From positions 9,241 to 73,240 of the forward strand of contig CAWGAZ010000005.1 of assembly GCA_963820725.1 (NCBI GenBank): DNA of 64,000 nucleotides, read 5' to 3'. Source of the stretch: an uncultured Actinomycetes bacterium (GTDB lineage Bacteria > Actinomycetota > Thermoleophilia > Gaiellales > Gaiellaceae). The position numbers and the translations under genes are program-made. Positions 45,001 through 57,153 of the stretch are shown here, piece after piece. A model generated the notes under the pieces. That model did not search any database and was not told where the DNA came from. It saw only the letters and a list, made by a program, of their open reading frames with translations. The stretch's first letter is position 1, and each line of letters starts with the position of its first letter.

Positions 45001-45592
45001 ACGCGGTGTTGACGAGATCGCCGGCGACCATTCCCTCACCGACTGCAGCGGTATTGACCGCCGCCTCACCTGTCAACACTCCGGCGCGTGCCCGCAAGCC
45101 GTCGACACCGGCCTCCTGTCCCAGCGCCTGCACCGCCGCGACCAGATCGAGCGCTGTGCGAACGGCCCGCTCGGCGTCGTCCTCCGTCGCGACCGGCGTG
45201 CCCCAGACGGCCATAACCGCGTCCCCGATGAACTTCTCCACGACGCCGCCGTAAAGCTCGACGAGCCGCCGGCAGGTGTCGAAGTAGCGCGAGAGGAGTT
45301 CCCGCACCTCCTCCGGGTCACGTCCCTCCGAAAGCGTCGTGAAGCCGACGAGGTCGGCGAAAAGGACCGAGACGAGCCGCCGTTCGGCGACCACCGGCTC
45401 CGCTGTGGGCGTCGGAGCCACCGCCGGCGCCGCCACGAGGGCTGTCCCACAGTCGCCGCAGAAGCTCTCGTCGGGCTCGTACGGCGCGCCACAGGAGGGG
45501 CAGGCGAGCTCGACCGCGAGGGATTGGCCGCAGCCCACGCAGAACTTGCGACCCTCGCGGTTCTCGCGTCCGCAGGAAGCGCAGAGAACCAT
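42065..45592 (-). CDS. multidomain signalling protein: double zinc-ribbon + class III adenylate/guanylate cyclase + AAA/STAND ATPase + TPR repeats
   Basis: [22 protein letters not shown]...[19 protein letters not shown]; [15 protein letters not shown]...[14 protein letters not shown]...GEAAVN (cyclase); [14 protein letters not shown] (Walker A); long C-terminal helical TPR-like region. 1175 aa. Confidence 0.85.
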   Translation of the reverse strand: MVLCASCGRENREGRKFCVGCGQSLAVELACPSCGAPYEPDESFCGDCGTALVAAPAVAPTPTAEPVVAERRLVSVLFADLVGFTTLSEGRDPEEVRELLSRYFDTCRRLVELYGGVVEKFIGDAVMAVWGTPVATEDDAERAVRTALDLVAAVQALGQEAGVDGLRARAGVLTGEAAVNTAAVGEGMVAGDLVNTASRVQSVAEPGSVFVGEAARRATEGTIVYEPAGSFELKGKEGETPLWCALRVVSGRAGSLKSEGLEAPFVGRDRELRQIKDLFHVCAEEQRAQLVSVTGIAGIGKSRLAWEFYKYFDGIVQTIYWHRGRCLAYGEGVTYWALADMVRWRCGIVEDEEPDEALRKLNAALEEHLLDSEERRFVEPRLAQLLALGEGATHDRQDLFAAWRLFFERLADTYPTILAFEDMQWADASLLDFVEYLLEWSRDKPLFVLTLARPELLEKRPTWGAGHRNFTSLYLEPLSEQAMQELLVGLVPGLPSTLRKQILERAEGVPLYAVETVRMLLDRGLLVEDGSAYNVVGEVETLEVPETLHALIAARLDGLSPDERRLLGDAAVLGKTFTPQAVAALSGFDGERLEELLTSLVRREVLGLQSDPRSPEQGQYTFLQDLLRHVAYETLPKRERREKHLAAAEHLAASLGEDEVAEVIAAHLLDAYRLDSDGAESELLRRRAYQALLRAGERAASLGASAEAQRYFKNAAELAPEPLDQAASLSRAGEMAMAVGETEHAFALFEQAIALYGSAGDTHAAARVSAWVALGEQQLGQPERAIERMENTYAVVGDDEPDADLAFLILRLGQAHNFAGNRERATELIERGLDLAEALHHAELLAQGWTAKATLISPRRPAEARGLFRLAMDTALAHELYRRASGASANLSDLGFQWDRYADSLGHLEQVLAFARRIGDRAYEWFALSEMPYALTMLGRWEEALVRFAEIPDEQIGTIIDVGGLLNSVAELYLHRGQLSEARELVARFEELARSSDRQMVGNYQAAVAAVRLAEGNNREALTAAEQAFATREALGIAAQSAKFGLIHALEAALALGNTAKVNELLEVFEALPPGLRPPLLEATAHRFRAHLAGEDPGADRHFSAAAAQLRSLELPFLLAVVELEHGGWLTERGRLDDAKTLLAEARETFERLQAQPWLERVDAVASGAPAEVPA

Positions 45593-45629
45593 CGCCAGAG
45601 CCTAGTCCGAGATGTGGGCGGTTACCAAG

Positions 45630-46235
45630 CTAGGAGCCCCAGCGGTTCCACCGCACGACTTCGTCGTCTGCGCGCCGGCGCTGCGAGAAGACGCTCGAGG
45701 CGCGATCCCAGTCGGGATCCTCGGCCGGGTGACCGACGGTGACCCCCGTCACGATCGTGAGGTCGTCGGGAATCGCCAACAACTCGCGCACCCGCGCGTC
45801 CTCCTCCACCGGGACGCCGTAGACGCCGGCGCCGAGGCCCTCTTCGATCGCAGCGAGCCACAGGAGCATGAGTGCGGCGCCCGCATCGACGTGCCAGAAC
45901 GGCACCGGCCACACGACCTCGACCCCACCGGTGACGGCGAGCTTGTCGGCCTGCGTGTAGCGGTCGTGGTAGTCCTGCTCGCGGGTGAGCACGAAGATGT
46001 GCGCGGCGGCCTTGAGGAACCAGGCCTGCTCGCGCTCGTCGGCTTCGGACTCCGTGAACGCCTCGATCGTCGCGGGATCGTCGACGACGAGGATCCGCAG
46101 GCCCTGGCTGTACCCGGCGTTCGGCCCGCGGCGGGCGGCGCGCGCGATCCTTTCGAGTGTCTCGCGCGGCACGCGCTCACCGGTGTAGCTGCGAACGGCG
46201 CGGCGCTTCTTGAGGAGGTCGTAGTAGGAGCCCAT
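45630..46235 (-). CDS. nitroreductase-family protein
   Basis: ...LLKKRRAVRSYTGERVPRETLERIARAARRGPNAGYSQGLRILVV...VDAGAALMLLWLAAIEEGLGAG... Confidence 0.8.
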   Translation of the reverse strand: MGSYYDLLKKRRAVRSYTGERVPRETLERIARAARRGPNAGYSQGLRILVVDDPATIEAFTESEADEREQAWFLKAAAHIFVLTREQDYHDRYTQADKLAVTGGVEVVWPVPFWHVDAGAALMLLWLAAIEEGLGAGVYGVPVEEDARVRELLAIPDDLTIVTGVTVGHPAEDPDWDRASSVFSQRRRADDEVVRWNRWGS

Positions 46236-46249
46236 CTCGGGCTCCTACG

Positions 46250-49394
<3,145 letters not shown>

Positions 49395-49421
49395 CTAACA
49401 GCGCGCAGCTACCGTCCTGCC

Positions 49422-50525
49422 GTGCGGGCTCTCCTCGCTACTGCGGGACTTCTTGTCCTCGCCGGCTCCGCCGTGGCTGCGAAACCGACAGCTCACACGC
49501 TGCGGAAGAGCGCGAGCGGTCCCATCGTCGCCGTCGCGCAGGACAGCACCACCGCCGCCTGGCTCACGTCGAGCTATCCGAAAGCGTGCAACGCGGTGCA
49601 CCTGACGTCGCCCGGGAAGAAAGACCGGAGCCTGCCCCAGCCTTCGTCCCCCACCATGACCTGCCGCTGGAACGTCGCCAACACGCAGTCGGGGCAGTCG
49701 CAGCTCGCCGTCGCGTCCAAGATCTCCACCGCACTCTGGACGCTGCACGAAAACGGTCCGTACTTCGACCAGGTCGTCGCCGCCGCCGCCGGCGGACCCG
49801 AGCGCCAGATCGAGCGGCTCTCCCACGCGAGCGACGGGACGGGCGACTGGCTCGGCGGCGTCGCCGGTGCGGGCAAGACGCTCGCCTACTCCTGGGACGA
49901 CGTCGAGTACGTCGACCCGATCGCCTGCCTCTCGAAGGGGGGCAAGTGGTGCAAGGAGAAGATCGCGGACGGCGGCATCCGCCTCGTCGCGCGTACAACC
50001 GACAGTCCCGGGACGCCGCTGCCGGGGGCAGGACCGGCGTTGCTGCTCGCTGCGTCCGCCGGGCGGATCGCCTACGTTCCTGCGACGACCGTCCACGGTG
50101 GCCGCCCGTACACGAGTGCCAACAACACGCTGCAGATCGTGGACGCCACGAGTGGAACCCTCGCGGGCCAGGCTTCCTTGCACGGGTTCCCGATCGCGAT
50201 GGCGCTATCGCCTCACGTGCTCGCCGTCCTCACGACACAAGGCACTCCCCACGACCGCATCACCTGGTTCTCGGCGGCGGACGGGACGAAGCTCGGCAGC
50301 GTCGTCGTCTCGGGATCGGCCGCACCGCAGCTCGCGGCGAGCGACCGCCTCATCGTCTACCGCGTCGGCCTTCTGCTGCGCGACGTCGCGACGCGCAACG
50401 GCCACATTGGGAAGCTCGTGAAGACGGGTCAGAACTACGTCGGCCTCTCGCTCGCCGGCCGCCGGCTCACGTGGGCGGAGAATCACAACGGCGCCGGCCG
50501 TCTCCGCGCCCTCTCGGTCGGGTAG
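49422..50525 (+). CDS. secreted hypothetical protein
   Basis: GTG 49422: VRALLATAGLLVLAGSAVA|AKPTAH... followed by about 340 aa of non-repetitive sequence. This is the 3' part of ORF-track 47733..50525, whose 5' part is antisense to guaB. TACCGT (49410-49415) lies 6 nt before the start. Confidence 0.6.
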   Translation: MRALLATAGLLVLAGSAVAAKPTAHTLRKSASGPIVAVAQDSTTAAWLTSSYPKACNAVHLTSPGKKDRSLPQPSSPTMTCRWNVANTQSGQSQLAVASKISTALWTLHENGPYFDQVVAAAAGGPERQIERLSHASDGTGDWLGGVAGAGKTLAYSWDDVEYVDPIACLSKGGKWCKEKIADGGIRLVARTTDSPGTPLPGAGPALLLAASAGRIAYVPATTVHGGRPYTSANNTLQIVDATSGTLAGQASLHGFPIAMALSPHVLAVLTTQGTPHDRITWFSAADGTKLGSVVVSGSAAPQLAASDRLIVYRVGLLLRDVATRNGHIGKLVKTGQNYVGLSLAGRRLTWAENHNGAGRLRALSVG

Positions 50526-50532
50526 CTAAGGC

Positions 50533-51486
50533 CTACGCCTCGACCGGTGCCAGCTCGACGACTTCGACGCCGGCCGCGAGACGGGCGGCCTCGCGCGGCT
50601 CGAAACGTCCCGCGCCGAGCTCGACGACCGATGCCGCCGCGCAGCCGACCGCCGTCCGCAGCGCGTCTCCGACCGAGCGGCCGTTGAAGCGCTCGGAGAG
50701 ATAGCCCGCGAGCAGGACGTCCCCGGCGCCGACCGGAGCGATCGGCTCGACGCGAGGGATCGACGCGCGGAAGCGCTGCACCCGCCGCTCCTCCCGCACG
50801 AGCGCGAAGCACGCAGTCTCCTGGGTGATGAGAACGTTGCGCGCGCCGAGGTCGGCAATCGTGTCGAGCGCCATGACGAAGTCCTCCTCGTCCATGAACT
50901 CCTGCCCGACGAGGCTCTCGGCTTCCTGCTGGTTCGGCGAGACGAGATACGGCTCCGCCGCGGCGCCGAGCCGCAACGGCTCCCCTTCGCAGTCGAGGAC
51001 ACACTTGATGCCGCGGCGCGTGAGGTCGTGGATCGCGTCGGCGTAGAAATCGTTCTCCACGTCCCGCGGCAGCGACCCGCAGAAGACGACGTAGCTCGCC
51101 ACCTGCGAGAGGTAGCGGAGCTTGTCGGACAGCATCTGCAGCTCGTCCGGCCGCACTGCGGGCCCCCACTCGTAGATCTCGGTCAGGGAACCCGCGGTCG
51201 GATCGACGACCGCGATCGAGGTGCGCGACTCGTCGGAGATCCGGACGAAGTCGCTGAGGATTCCCTCGAGGCCGAGATCCTCGACGATCCGGTCTCCCGT
51301 CCGGCCACCCGCGAGCCCTGTCGCGACGACCGGGCTCTCCAACCCCTTCAACGCGCGTGCCACGTTGATGCCCTTGCCACCCGCGCTCGTGAGGCTCTTG
51401 TTCGCCCGATGCCGGTGGCCGAACTGGAAGTTCGGGACGGTCAGCGTCCGGTCGACCGCGGCGTTGAGGGTTACGGTGACGATCAC
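50533..51486 (-). CDS. PfkB-family sugar-phosphate kinase (1-phosphofructokinase / 6-phosphofructokinase-2 type)
   Basis: VIVTVTLNAAVDRT...AGGKGINVARAL...LDCEGEPL...VSPNQQE...PVGAGDVLLAGY. GTG 51486. The upstream part of ORF-track 50533..52455 is antisense to other genes. Confidence 0.8.
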   Translation of the reverse strand: MIVTVTLNAAVDRTLTVPNFQFGHRHRANKSLTSAGGKGINVARALKGLESPVVATGLAGGRTGDRIVEDLGLEGILSDFVRISDESRTSIAVVDPTAGSLTEIYEWGPAVRPDELQMLSDKLRYLSQVASYVVFCGSLPRDVENDFYADAIHDLTRRGIKCVLDCEGEPLRLGAAAEPYLVSPNQQEAESLVGQEFMDEEDFVMALDTIADLGARNVLITQETACFALVREERRVQRFRASIPRVEPIAPVGAGDVLLAGYLSERFNGRSVGDALRTAVGCAAASVVELGAGRFEPREAARLAAGVEVVELAPVEA

Positions 51487-51512
51487 TGCCGGTGCACCAC
51501 GCCGGGCGCAGG

Positions 51513-51833
51513 TTACTGGACGCGGATCCTCTCGCCGACCTGGAGGGCCGCAGGGTCGACGCCGGGGTTGAGCTGCCTCAACCGCGCGACGCTCGTCCCC
51601 GTCTTGGCCGCGATCGACGCGAGCGTGTCGCCCGACTGGATCGTGTACATGCGCTCGTGGCGCCCCTTGTGGCGATGTCCGTGCGTCTTCTTCGTCGTCA
51701 CGCTGACGGTGCTCGGCGTCTTCGCGTGATGCTTGCCCTGCTCCAGGCCGGCGCGCACGACGAGGGCGCCGATCGTGATGACGGCGAGAAAGGCCACAGG
51801 TGCAGCCCAGCGCGCGATGCGGGTCCGGTCCAC
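51513..51833 (-). CDS. LysM domain protein with N-terminal TM anchor
   Basis: ...WAAPVAFLAVITIGALVV (TM)...YTIQSGDTLASIAAKTGTSVARLRQLNPGVDPAALQVGERIRV (LysM). Confidence 0.75.
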   Translation of the reverse strand: MDRTRIARWAAPVAFLAVITIGALVVRAGLEQGKHHAKTPSTVSVTTKKTHGHRHKGRHERMYTIQSGDTLASIAAKTGTSVARLRQLNPGVDPAALQVGERIRVQ

Positions 51834-51836
51834 GGG

Positions 51837-52697
51837 TCAGCCCGGGACGGCTACGGCACGCAGCTCGCCGGCGAGGCGTTGGGCCTCGGCCGCGGCGGCC
51901 TCCCGCCAACCCGCACCGCGGTCGGCGTACAGGACCGAGCGCGAAGCCGAAACGAGCGCGCCGGCCGGGCCGATCGCGAAGGCCTCGCCGAGGTCTTCGG
52001 CGCGCGCTCCCTGTGCGCCGACCCCGGGCAGGAGGAGCACGGACCGTGGCAGCAGCTGCCGTACTTCGGCGACCTCCTGCGGAAAGGTCGCTCCGACGAC
52101 TGCACCGACCGAGGAGAGCCCGCTCTCTCCGACGAGGGCCGCTCCCCAGCGGTCGACGAGCCCGGCGACGTGCTGCCACAGGAGACGACCGTCGGCGAGC
52201 GGAAGATCCTGGAGGTCGACGCTGCCCGGATTCGAGGTCTTGACGACGACGAAGACGCCGAGCCCGTCGCGGGCGAGGAACGGCTCGAGCGAGTCGAAGC
52301 CCAGGTAGGGATTGACGGTGACGGCGTCGGCGATCGGCGCGAACGCGGCGACGTAGGCGCGGGCGGTCGACGGGACGTCGCCGCGCTTGGCGTCGGCGAT
52401 CACGAGCAGCCCCGCCTCGCGGGCGTATTCGCAGACCCCGGTGAGCGCCGCCCACCCGCCGGCTCCCTGCGCTTCGAAGAAGGCGGCCTGCGGCTTGACC
52501 GCCACCGCGTGCTCGGCCACGGCATCGATGATCCCGCGGCAGAACTCGACCACGCCGAGCCCCGCCGGCATGAGCGCGGGATCCGGATCGAGCCCGATGC
52601 AGAGCGGCGCGCCGTTGCGCTCGACGGCGGCGGCGAGCCGATCCGCGAAATGAAGCCCCCCGCTCACGCCCATCAGGATACGAGCCGGACGGGACAA
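51837..52697 (-). CDS. pyrF: orotidine 5'-phosphate decarboxylase (type 2)
   Basis: ...LCIGLDPDP...AVKPQAAFFE...VIADAKRGD...TVNPYLG.D...VVVKTSNPG...LLPGVGAQG... Confidence 0.9.
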   Translation of the reverse strand: MSRPARILMGVSGGLHFADRLAAAVERNGAPLCIGLDPDPALMPAGLGVVEFCRGIIDAVAEHAVAVKPQAAFFEAQGAGGWAALTGVCEYAREAGLLVIADAKRGDVPSTARAYVAAFAPIADAVTVNPYLGFDSLEPFLARDGLGVFVVVKTSNPGSVDLQDLPLADGRLLWQHVAGLVDRWGAALVGESGLSSVGAVVGATFPQEVAEVRQLLPRSVLLLPGVGAQGARAEDLGEAFAIGPAGALVSASRSVLYADRGAGWREAAAAEAQRLAGELRAVAVPG

Positions 52698-52700
52698 ACG

Positions 52701-52726
52701 AAGAGGCCGCCCGAAGGCGGCCTCTT
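52701..52726 (-). terminator. intrinsic terminator downstream of hup
   Basis: Perfect 11-bp stem AAGAGGCCGCC (52701-52711) / GGCGGCCTCTT (52716-52726), loop CGAA. On the minus strand it is followed by CGTTTGTCCC. Confidence 0.6.
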
Positions 52727-52752
52727 GATCCTCGGAGGAGACTGCGGTTGTC

Positions 52753-53046
52753 CTAGAAGGACGATCCCCCGCTCTTGACGGCCGACTTGAGCCCGCTGCC
52801 GGCCGAGAACTTCGGAACGGTGGCCGCGGGGATGTGCACCTTCTCGCTCGGGTTGCGCGGATTGACCCCCGTCCTGGCGGCGCGATTCGCCGTCGAGAAC
52901 TTCCCGAATCCTGTGAACGTGACCTCGCCTCTGCCCTTCAGCGTGTCTGTGATGGCGTCGAGGAACGCGTCGACGGCCTTGCCTGCGTCGCGGTTGGACA
53001 GCTGCGCGCGGCGGGCCACCTCGGATACAAACTCCTGCTTCGTCAC
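52753..53046 (-). CDS. hup: HU-family DNA-binding protein
   Basis: MTKQEFVSEVARRAQLSNRDAGKAVDAFLDAITDTLKGRGEVTFTGFGKFSTANRAARTGVNPRNPSEKVHIPAATVPKFSAGSGLK. Confidence 0.9.
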   Translation of the reverse strand: MTKQEFVSEVARRAQLSNRDAGKAVDAFLDAITDTLKGRGEVTFTGFGKFSTANRAARTGVNPRNPSEKVHIPAATVPKFSAGSGLKSAVKSGGSSF

Positions 53047-53085
53047 TCTCTCCTCCAGTCGTAGATCGCTTGCTGGGCCTGAACG

Positions 53086-53114
53086 ACCCTACCAACTCCG
53101 TGTTTGCGGCTCAA
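53086..53114 (-). promoter_or_regulatory. candidate hup promoter
   Basis: Minus strand: TTGAGC (53114-53109), 17-nt spacer, TAGGGT (53091-53086), then about 30 nt to GGAGGAG and ATG 53046. Confidence 0.45.
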
Positions 53115-53668
53115 CCATGCGGTTTTGCGGGGGTTTTCTCGCCTTCGAGCAGCTCTCCTGCCCGGAAAAGGGGCCGGAGACGGACGGCATGGCGCGCGAG
53201 AGCGTCGGCTCCTCCCTCCTCGCGATCGATCACGCAGACGGCCGTTCGGACGACCAGGCCGGCGTCGCGGACCGCCGAGATCGTCTCGAGGAGCGCGCCG
53301 CCGGAGGTCACGATGTCCTCGACGAGACAGACGAGCTCGCCCTCCTCGTAGGCACCCTCCAGCCGGTTCGCGGTGCCGTACGACTTGGCCTCGTCGCGCA
53401 CGATGACGAACGGCATCCCACCGGCGAGCGACGCGGCGGCGGCGAGCGGCACGGCTCCGAGCACCGGAGCAGCGAGGCGGCCCGCGTCCGGCTCGTGCTC
53501 GCGGACCGTGGCTGCGATCCGGTCTCCGAGCGCCGCGAGGAGGTCCGGCTGGGTCTCGAAGCGGAACTTGTCGAGGTAGTAGCGGGATCGCTTGCCCGAG
53601 CGAAGCAGGAAGTCGCCCTCGAGGTAGGCGGCCGCGATGAGCCTTTCGCGAAGCTCCGAGTCGTTCAT
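53111..53668 (-). CDS. pyrE: orotate phosphoribosyltransferase
   Basis: ...GDFLLRSGKRSRYYLDK...LVCLVEDIVTSGGALLE (PRPP-binding)... Start at internal ATG 53668 of ORF-track 53111..53890. Confidence 0.9.
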   Translation of the reverse strand: MNDSELRERLIAAAYLEGDFLLRSGKRSRYYLDKFRFETQPDLLAALGDRIAATVREHEPDAGRLAAPVLGAVPLAAAASLAGGMPFVIVRDEAKSYGTANRLEGAYEEGELVCLVEDIVTSGGALLETISAVRDAGLVVRTAVCVIDREEGGADALARHAVRLRPLFRAGELLEGEKTPAKPHG

Positions 53669-53874
53669 GCGGGCCGAGCCGCAGTGCGAACCTGGTGCGC
53701 GAGCGGCAGCAGCCGCGCAGCCTCCGACGAGCCCTCCACGAGCGTGACGAAGGAGCCGTCGTCGAAGTAGACATCGAGCCGCTCCTCGCTGCCGCCGAGC
53801 CAGCGCCGATACGCGGCCGTGCCCGCGACCGCGCCGGCCGCGAAGCCGGCCAGGGTGACCAACCTGCGCTTCAC
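53665..53874 (-). CDS. hypothetical small protein (69 aa) with N-terminal hydrophobic segment
   Basis: MKRRLVTLAGFAAGAVAGTAAYRRWLGGSEERLDVYFDDGSFVTLVEGSSEAARLLPLAHQV... ATGA overlaps at both ends (53871-53874 and 53665-53668). Confidence 0.4.
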   Translation of the reverse strand: MKRRLVTLAGFAAGAVAGTAAYRRWLGGSEERLDVYFDDGSFVTLVEGSSEAARLLPLAHQVRTAARPA

Positions 53875-54224
53875 CCGGCACTCCCGGCATCGACCGCTGC
53901 GAGGCAGCGCTTCAGGTCGTAGAAGACGAGGCCCGGGGACACCCGCCCGGCCGTAACGGCGACGACCGTCCGGTCGTCCGCATCGGTCACCGCAAACACG
54001 TCGCCATCCGCCAGCTCCGCGTGCAGCTGGGTGACTCGGCCCTCGTCGCTGCGAAACGCGGCGGCCCCCTCCAGCAACTCCCGCACAGAGCGGGTGAGGA
54101 CGCCGGCCCGAGCCTCGGGGACGCCCACCGAGCCGGCCAGTTCCGCCTCGCCGGTCACGATCGCGGCCGCCTCGATCTGCGGCGAGATCTCCACGAGATC
54201 CGCGAGAGCCCGCGCCGCATCCAT
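53871..54224 (-). CDS. hypothetical protein (possibly Roadblock/LC7-like)
   Basis: MDAARALADLVEISPQIEAAAIVTGEAELAGSVG...DGDVFAVTDADDRTVVAVTAGRVSPGLVFYDLKRCL. The alpha-beta-alpha pattern is reminiscent of Roadblock/MglB. Weak, unverified. Confidence 0.4.
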   Translation of the reverse strand: MDAARALADLVEISPQIEAAAIVTGEAELAGSVGVPEARAGVLTRSVRELLEGAAAFRSDEGRVTQLHAELADGDVFAVTDADDRTVVAVTAGRVSPGLVFYDLKRCLAAVDAGSAG

Positions 54225-54253
54225 TGCCGTCGAGGCTATCAGCGAGGATTCAG

Positions 54254-55147
54254 ATGATGGCGATTCGACGCCGGCACCTCGTGCACAAGTTCTTCGCCGA
54301 CCGCGGCACCCATCTGGCGGCGATGCTCGCGTACTTCGCGCTCCTCTCGTTCGTGCCGCTCGTCTTCCTCGCGCTCTCGCTCTTCGGCCTCGCGCATCAG
54401 GCGCACCCGTCGGACTTCTTCATCAAGGAGCTGAAGCACGCGTTCCCCGGAACCTCGGTCGAGAGCATCACCAAACTCGTGCGCCGCGTGCAGAACAACG
54501 CGGCCGCGCTCGGGATCATCGGCGGCATCGGCCTGCTCTGGTCGTCGACCTCGTTCTTCAGCGCGCTCGAGTCGGCGTTCAACATCGTCTATGGACTCCC
54601 GAACCGGCGCTTCCTGCACGGGAAGGGGATCGCCGCCGCGTTGATGGCGAGCGTCCTGACCACGCTCTTCGTCAGCCTCGTCGTCGGCGCATTTGGTGGG
54701 AGTGTCCTCAGGCACCACCTCCGGTTCGCGGACAGCGCCGCCGTCGCCGACATCGTCTCCTTCGGCGCCTCGCTCGCCGGGGTCTTCGTCTTTCTCCTCG
54801 TCGTCTACCGCTGGCTGCCGAACACGCACGTGAGCTTCCGCGATGCATTGCCCGGTGCGGTCGCGTGCGCGCTCGTGCTCGAGGTGTCGTTCCTCGTGCT
54901 GCCGTTCTTCGTCCGCCACGCCTCCCTCAACGTGACGCTGCGGACGCTGGGCGGCCCGGCGATCCTCATCGTCTGGCTCTACGTGATGGCGAACGTGATC
55001 GTCTTCGGCGCCGAGATCAACTGGTGGTGGAGGGAACGTCGCCGAGGGCACGCAGAAGCGCACGCGCCGCACGCGCACGGTGAGAGTGCTCCGCCTTCCA
55101 CGCGTCCCCCAGTTCCGCGACCGTCCGCTCCTCACCCGCCGGAATGA
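54254..55147 (+). CDS. YihY/BrkB-family membrane protein
   Basis: MMAIRRRHLVHKFFADRGTHLAAMLAYFALLSFVPLVFL...IIGGIGLLWSSTSFFSALESAFN.VYG...VYRWLPN...LIVWLYVMANVIVFGAEIN. Alternative start TTG 54224. Confidence 0.75.
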   Translation: MMAIRRRHLVHKFFADRGTHLAAMLAYFALLSFVPLVFLALSLFGLAHQAHPSDFFIKELKHAFPGTSVESITKLVRRVQNNAAALGIIGGIGLLWSSTSFFSALESAFNIVYGLPNRRFLHGKGIAAALMASVLTTLFVSLVVGAFGGSVLRHHLRFADSAAVADIVSFGASLAGVFVFLLVVYRWLPNTHVSFRDALPGAVACALVLEVSFLVLPFFVRHASLNVTLRTLGGPAILIVWLYVMANVIVFGAEINWWWRERRRGHAEAHAPHAHGESAPPSTRPPVPRPSAPHPPE

Positions 55148-55598
55148 CGATCGGGTCGTAGCCGAATCCCTCGCTGCCGCGCGCCTCGTCGGCGATCCGC
55201 CCCTCGAGCGTGCCGGTTCCGCGCTGCTCCCGACCGTCCGGCGCCAGGAGGACGAGCTCGGAGACGTAGCGGGCGCTGCGGTCTCCGACGCCTTCCAACT
55301 CGGCGAGGAGCTTGCTCACCGCGGGCGCTCCCTCCGGTGCGTAGCGCGCCGAGTGGACGCCGGGGCGGCCGCCGAGAGCCGCGACCTCCAGGCCCGAGTC
55401 CTCGGCGAGCACCCAGCCGTCGGTGTGACCGCGGCCGAAGACGGCCTTGATCGCCGCGTTCTCGTAGTACGTCGCACCGGTCTCGCGCGGATAGTCGTCG
55501 CGGTCGAGAGGTTCGAGCGTCCACCCCGGCAGCAGCCGTTCGAGCTCCCGCGCCTTGTGGGCGTTCCGCGACGCGAGGACGGCCCTATGGGAGCTCAC
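55017..55598 (-). CDS. rdgB: dITP/XTP pyrophosphatase (Ham1/RdgB family)
   Basis: VLASRNAHKARELERLL...ETGATYYENAAIKA...LAEDSGLEVAALGGRPGVHSARY...GTLEGRI..EARGSEGFGYDPI...K...SHRARA. GTG 55598 overlaps the rph 3' end. Confidence 0.85.
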   Translation of the reverse strand: MSSHRAVLASRNAHKARELERLLPGWTLEPLDRDDYPRETGATYYENAAIKAVFGRGHTDGWVLAEDSGLEVAALGGRPGVHSARYAPEGAPAVSKLLAELEGVGDRSARYVSELVLLAPDGREQRGTGTLEGRIADEARGSEGFGYDPIVIPAGEERTVAELGDAWKAEHSHRARAARALLRALGDVPSTTS

Positions 55599-56301
55599 GC
55601 TCGACCGCCTCCGCCTGGAGGTCGGCGATCTCGCCGATGCCCGCCGCGGCCAGCGCGAGCAGCTCGTCGAGGGTCTCACGTGCGAATGGATCACGCTCGG
55701 CGGTCGCCTGCACCTCCACGAGACGCCCGTCGCCCGTCATCACGACATTCATGTCGGTGTCGGCGCCCGAGTCCTCGGAGTAGTCGAGATCAAGGAGCGG
55801 CACGCCGCCCACCACGCCGACCGAGACCGCGGCGACCGAGTCGCGGAATGCCCGCGAGAGGCCGAAGCGGTCGAGCGCGCGCATCGCGGCGACGTACGCG
55901 CCGCAGATCGCCGCACAGCGGGTGCCGCCGTCGGCCTGGAGGACGTCGCAGTCGAGCCACAAGGTCCTTTCGCCGAGCGCCTCGAAGTCGACGACCGCAC
56001 GGACGGCGCGGCCGATGAGACGCTGGATCTCGATCGTCCTGCCCTGCTGCTTGCCGCGCGCCGCCTCCCGCTGGACGCGGTCCCCGGTCGACGCCGGCAG
56101 AAGTGAGTACTCCGCCGTGATCCAGCCTCTGCCCTGGCCGCGGAGCCAGCGCGGGATGTCCTCCTCGACCATGGCCGTGCAGAGCACCTTCGTCCGCCCC
56201 TGGGTGATGACGACCGAGCCGTGCGGATTCTCGAGGAAGTCCGGCTCGAACGAGATCGCGCGCAGCTGGTCAGGTTTCCGGCCGTCCGCGCGCGCGCTCA
56301 A
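55585..56301 (-). CDS. rph: ribonuclease PH
   Basis: ...RADGRKPDQLR...GSV.I..G.TKVLCTA...GWITAEYSLLPASTG.R..RE...GRT.EIQRLIGR..R...D..LGERT...DCDVLQADGGTR.A.I.GA.VA... Confidence 0.95.
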   Translation of the reverse strand: MSARADGRKPDQLRAISFEPDFLENPHGSVVITQGRTKVLCTAMVEEDIPRWLRGQGRGWITAEYSLLPASTGDRVQREAARGKQQGRTIEIQRLIGRAVRAVVDFEALGERTLWLDCDVLQADGGTRCAAICGAYVAAMRALDRFGLSRAFRDSVAAVSVGVVGGVPLLDLDYSEDSGADTDMNVVMTGDGRLVEVQATAERDPFARETLDELLALAAAGIGEIADLQAEAVERELP

Positions 56302-57128
56302 GCGGCCGCTCCTTCGAGCGTCGCCACGGTGACGTGCTCGACCTCGCGCACCGGCAGCTGGAGGAAGCGGCGGCCGAGCTCCCGGAACGCTTCCGGGTCT
56401 CCGGTGGTGAGGAACCGGTACGCCCCTTCCCGGCCGCGCTCGTTCTCGACTCCCTTGCGCGCAAGCGTCTCCGCAACCTCGCGGGCGGTCTCCTCCGCCG
56501 AGAAGACGAGGGTCACGTCGCGACCGAACACGCGCTCGAAGATCTTGCGGATCAGCGGGTAGTGCGTACAGCCGAGGATCACGGTGTCTACCCCGTCGGC
56601 CTGCAGCGGCGCCGCGTACTTGCGCACGGCACGCTCGGTCTCCTCGCCGTACGGATCGTCACCCTCGATCAGCGGCACGAGCTCGGGGCACGCAACCGGG
56701 TGGAACGAGATGCCGGCGTCGAGCGCGTGGACGAGCTCCTCATAGCGGCCGGCTTCCACCGTCGCCGCGGTGGCGAGCAGACCGACGCGGCGGTTGCGGG
56801 TCGTCTGGACGGCCGCATGCGCCTCGGGTGCGATGACGCCGACGACCGGCACGGTCAGCTCCTCCTGCAGCTGGGGCAGCGCCGCCGAGGTCGCCGCGTT
56901 GCACGCGACGACGATGAGCTTCACGTCCTGTTGCTCGAGGTAGGCGCCGATCTCGCGCGCGAAGCGGCGGATCTCCTCGAGCGGGCGCGGGCCGTAGGGA
57001 AGGCGCGCATGGTCGCCGAGGTAGACGAAATCCTCGTTCGGCATCGTCACGAGACACTCGTGGAGGACGGTCAGCCCTCCCACGCCGGAGTCGAAGACGC
57101 CTACGGGCCGCGGATCCATTGCGACCAT
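56298..57128 (-). CDS. murI: glutamate racemase
   Basis: PVGVFDSGVGGLTVL.E......E.FVYLGD.ARLPYG......I......LIVVACNAATS (Cys1)...ILGCTHYPL (Cys2). Confidence 0.95.
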   Translation of the reverse strand: MVAMDPRPVGVFDSGVGGLTVLHECLVTMPNEDFVYLGDHARLPYGPRPLEEIRRFAREIGAYLEQQDVKLIVVACNAATSAALPQLQEELTVPVVGVIAPEAHAAVQTTRNRRVGLLATAATVEAGRYEELVHALDAGISFHPVACPELVPLIEGDDPYGEETERAVRKYAAPLQADGVDTVILGCTHYPLIRKIFERVFGRDVTLVFSAEETAREVAETLARKGVENERGREGAYRFLTTGDPEAFRELGRRFLQLPVREVEHVTVATLEGAAA

Positions 57129-57153
57129 CGTAAATGGGCGCTAGCGTCGGGTC

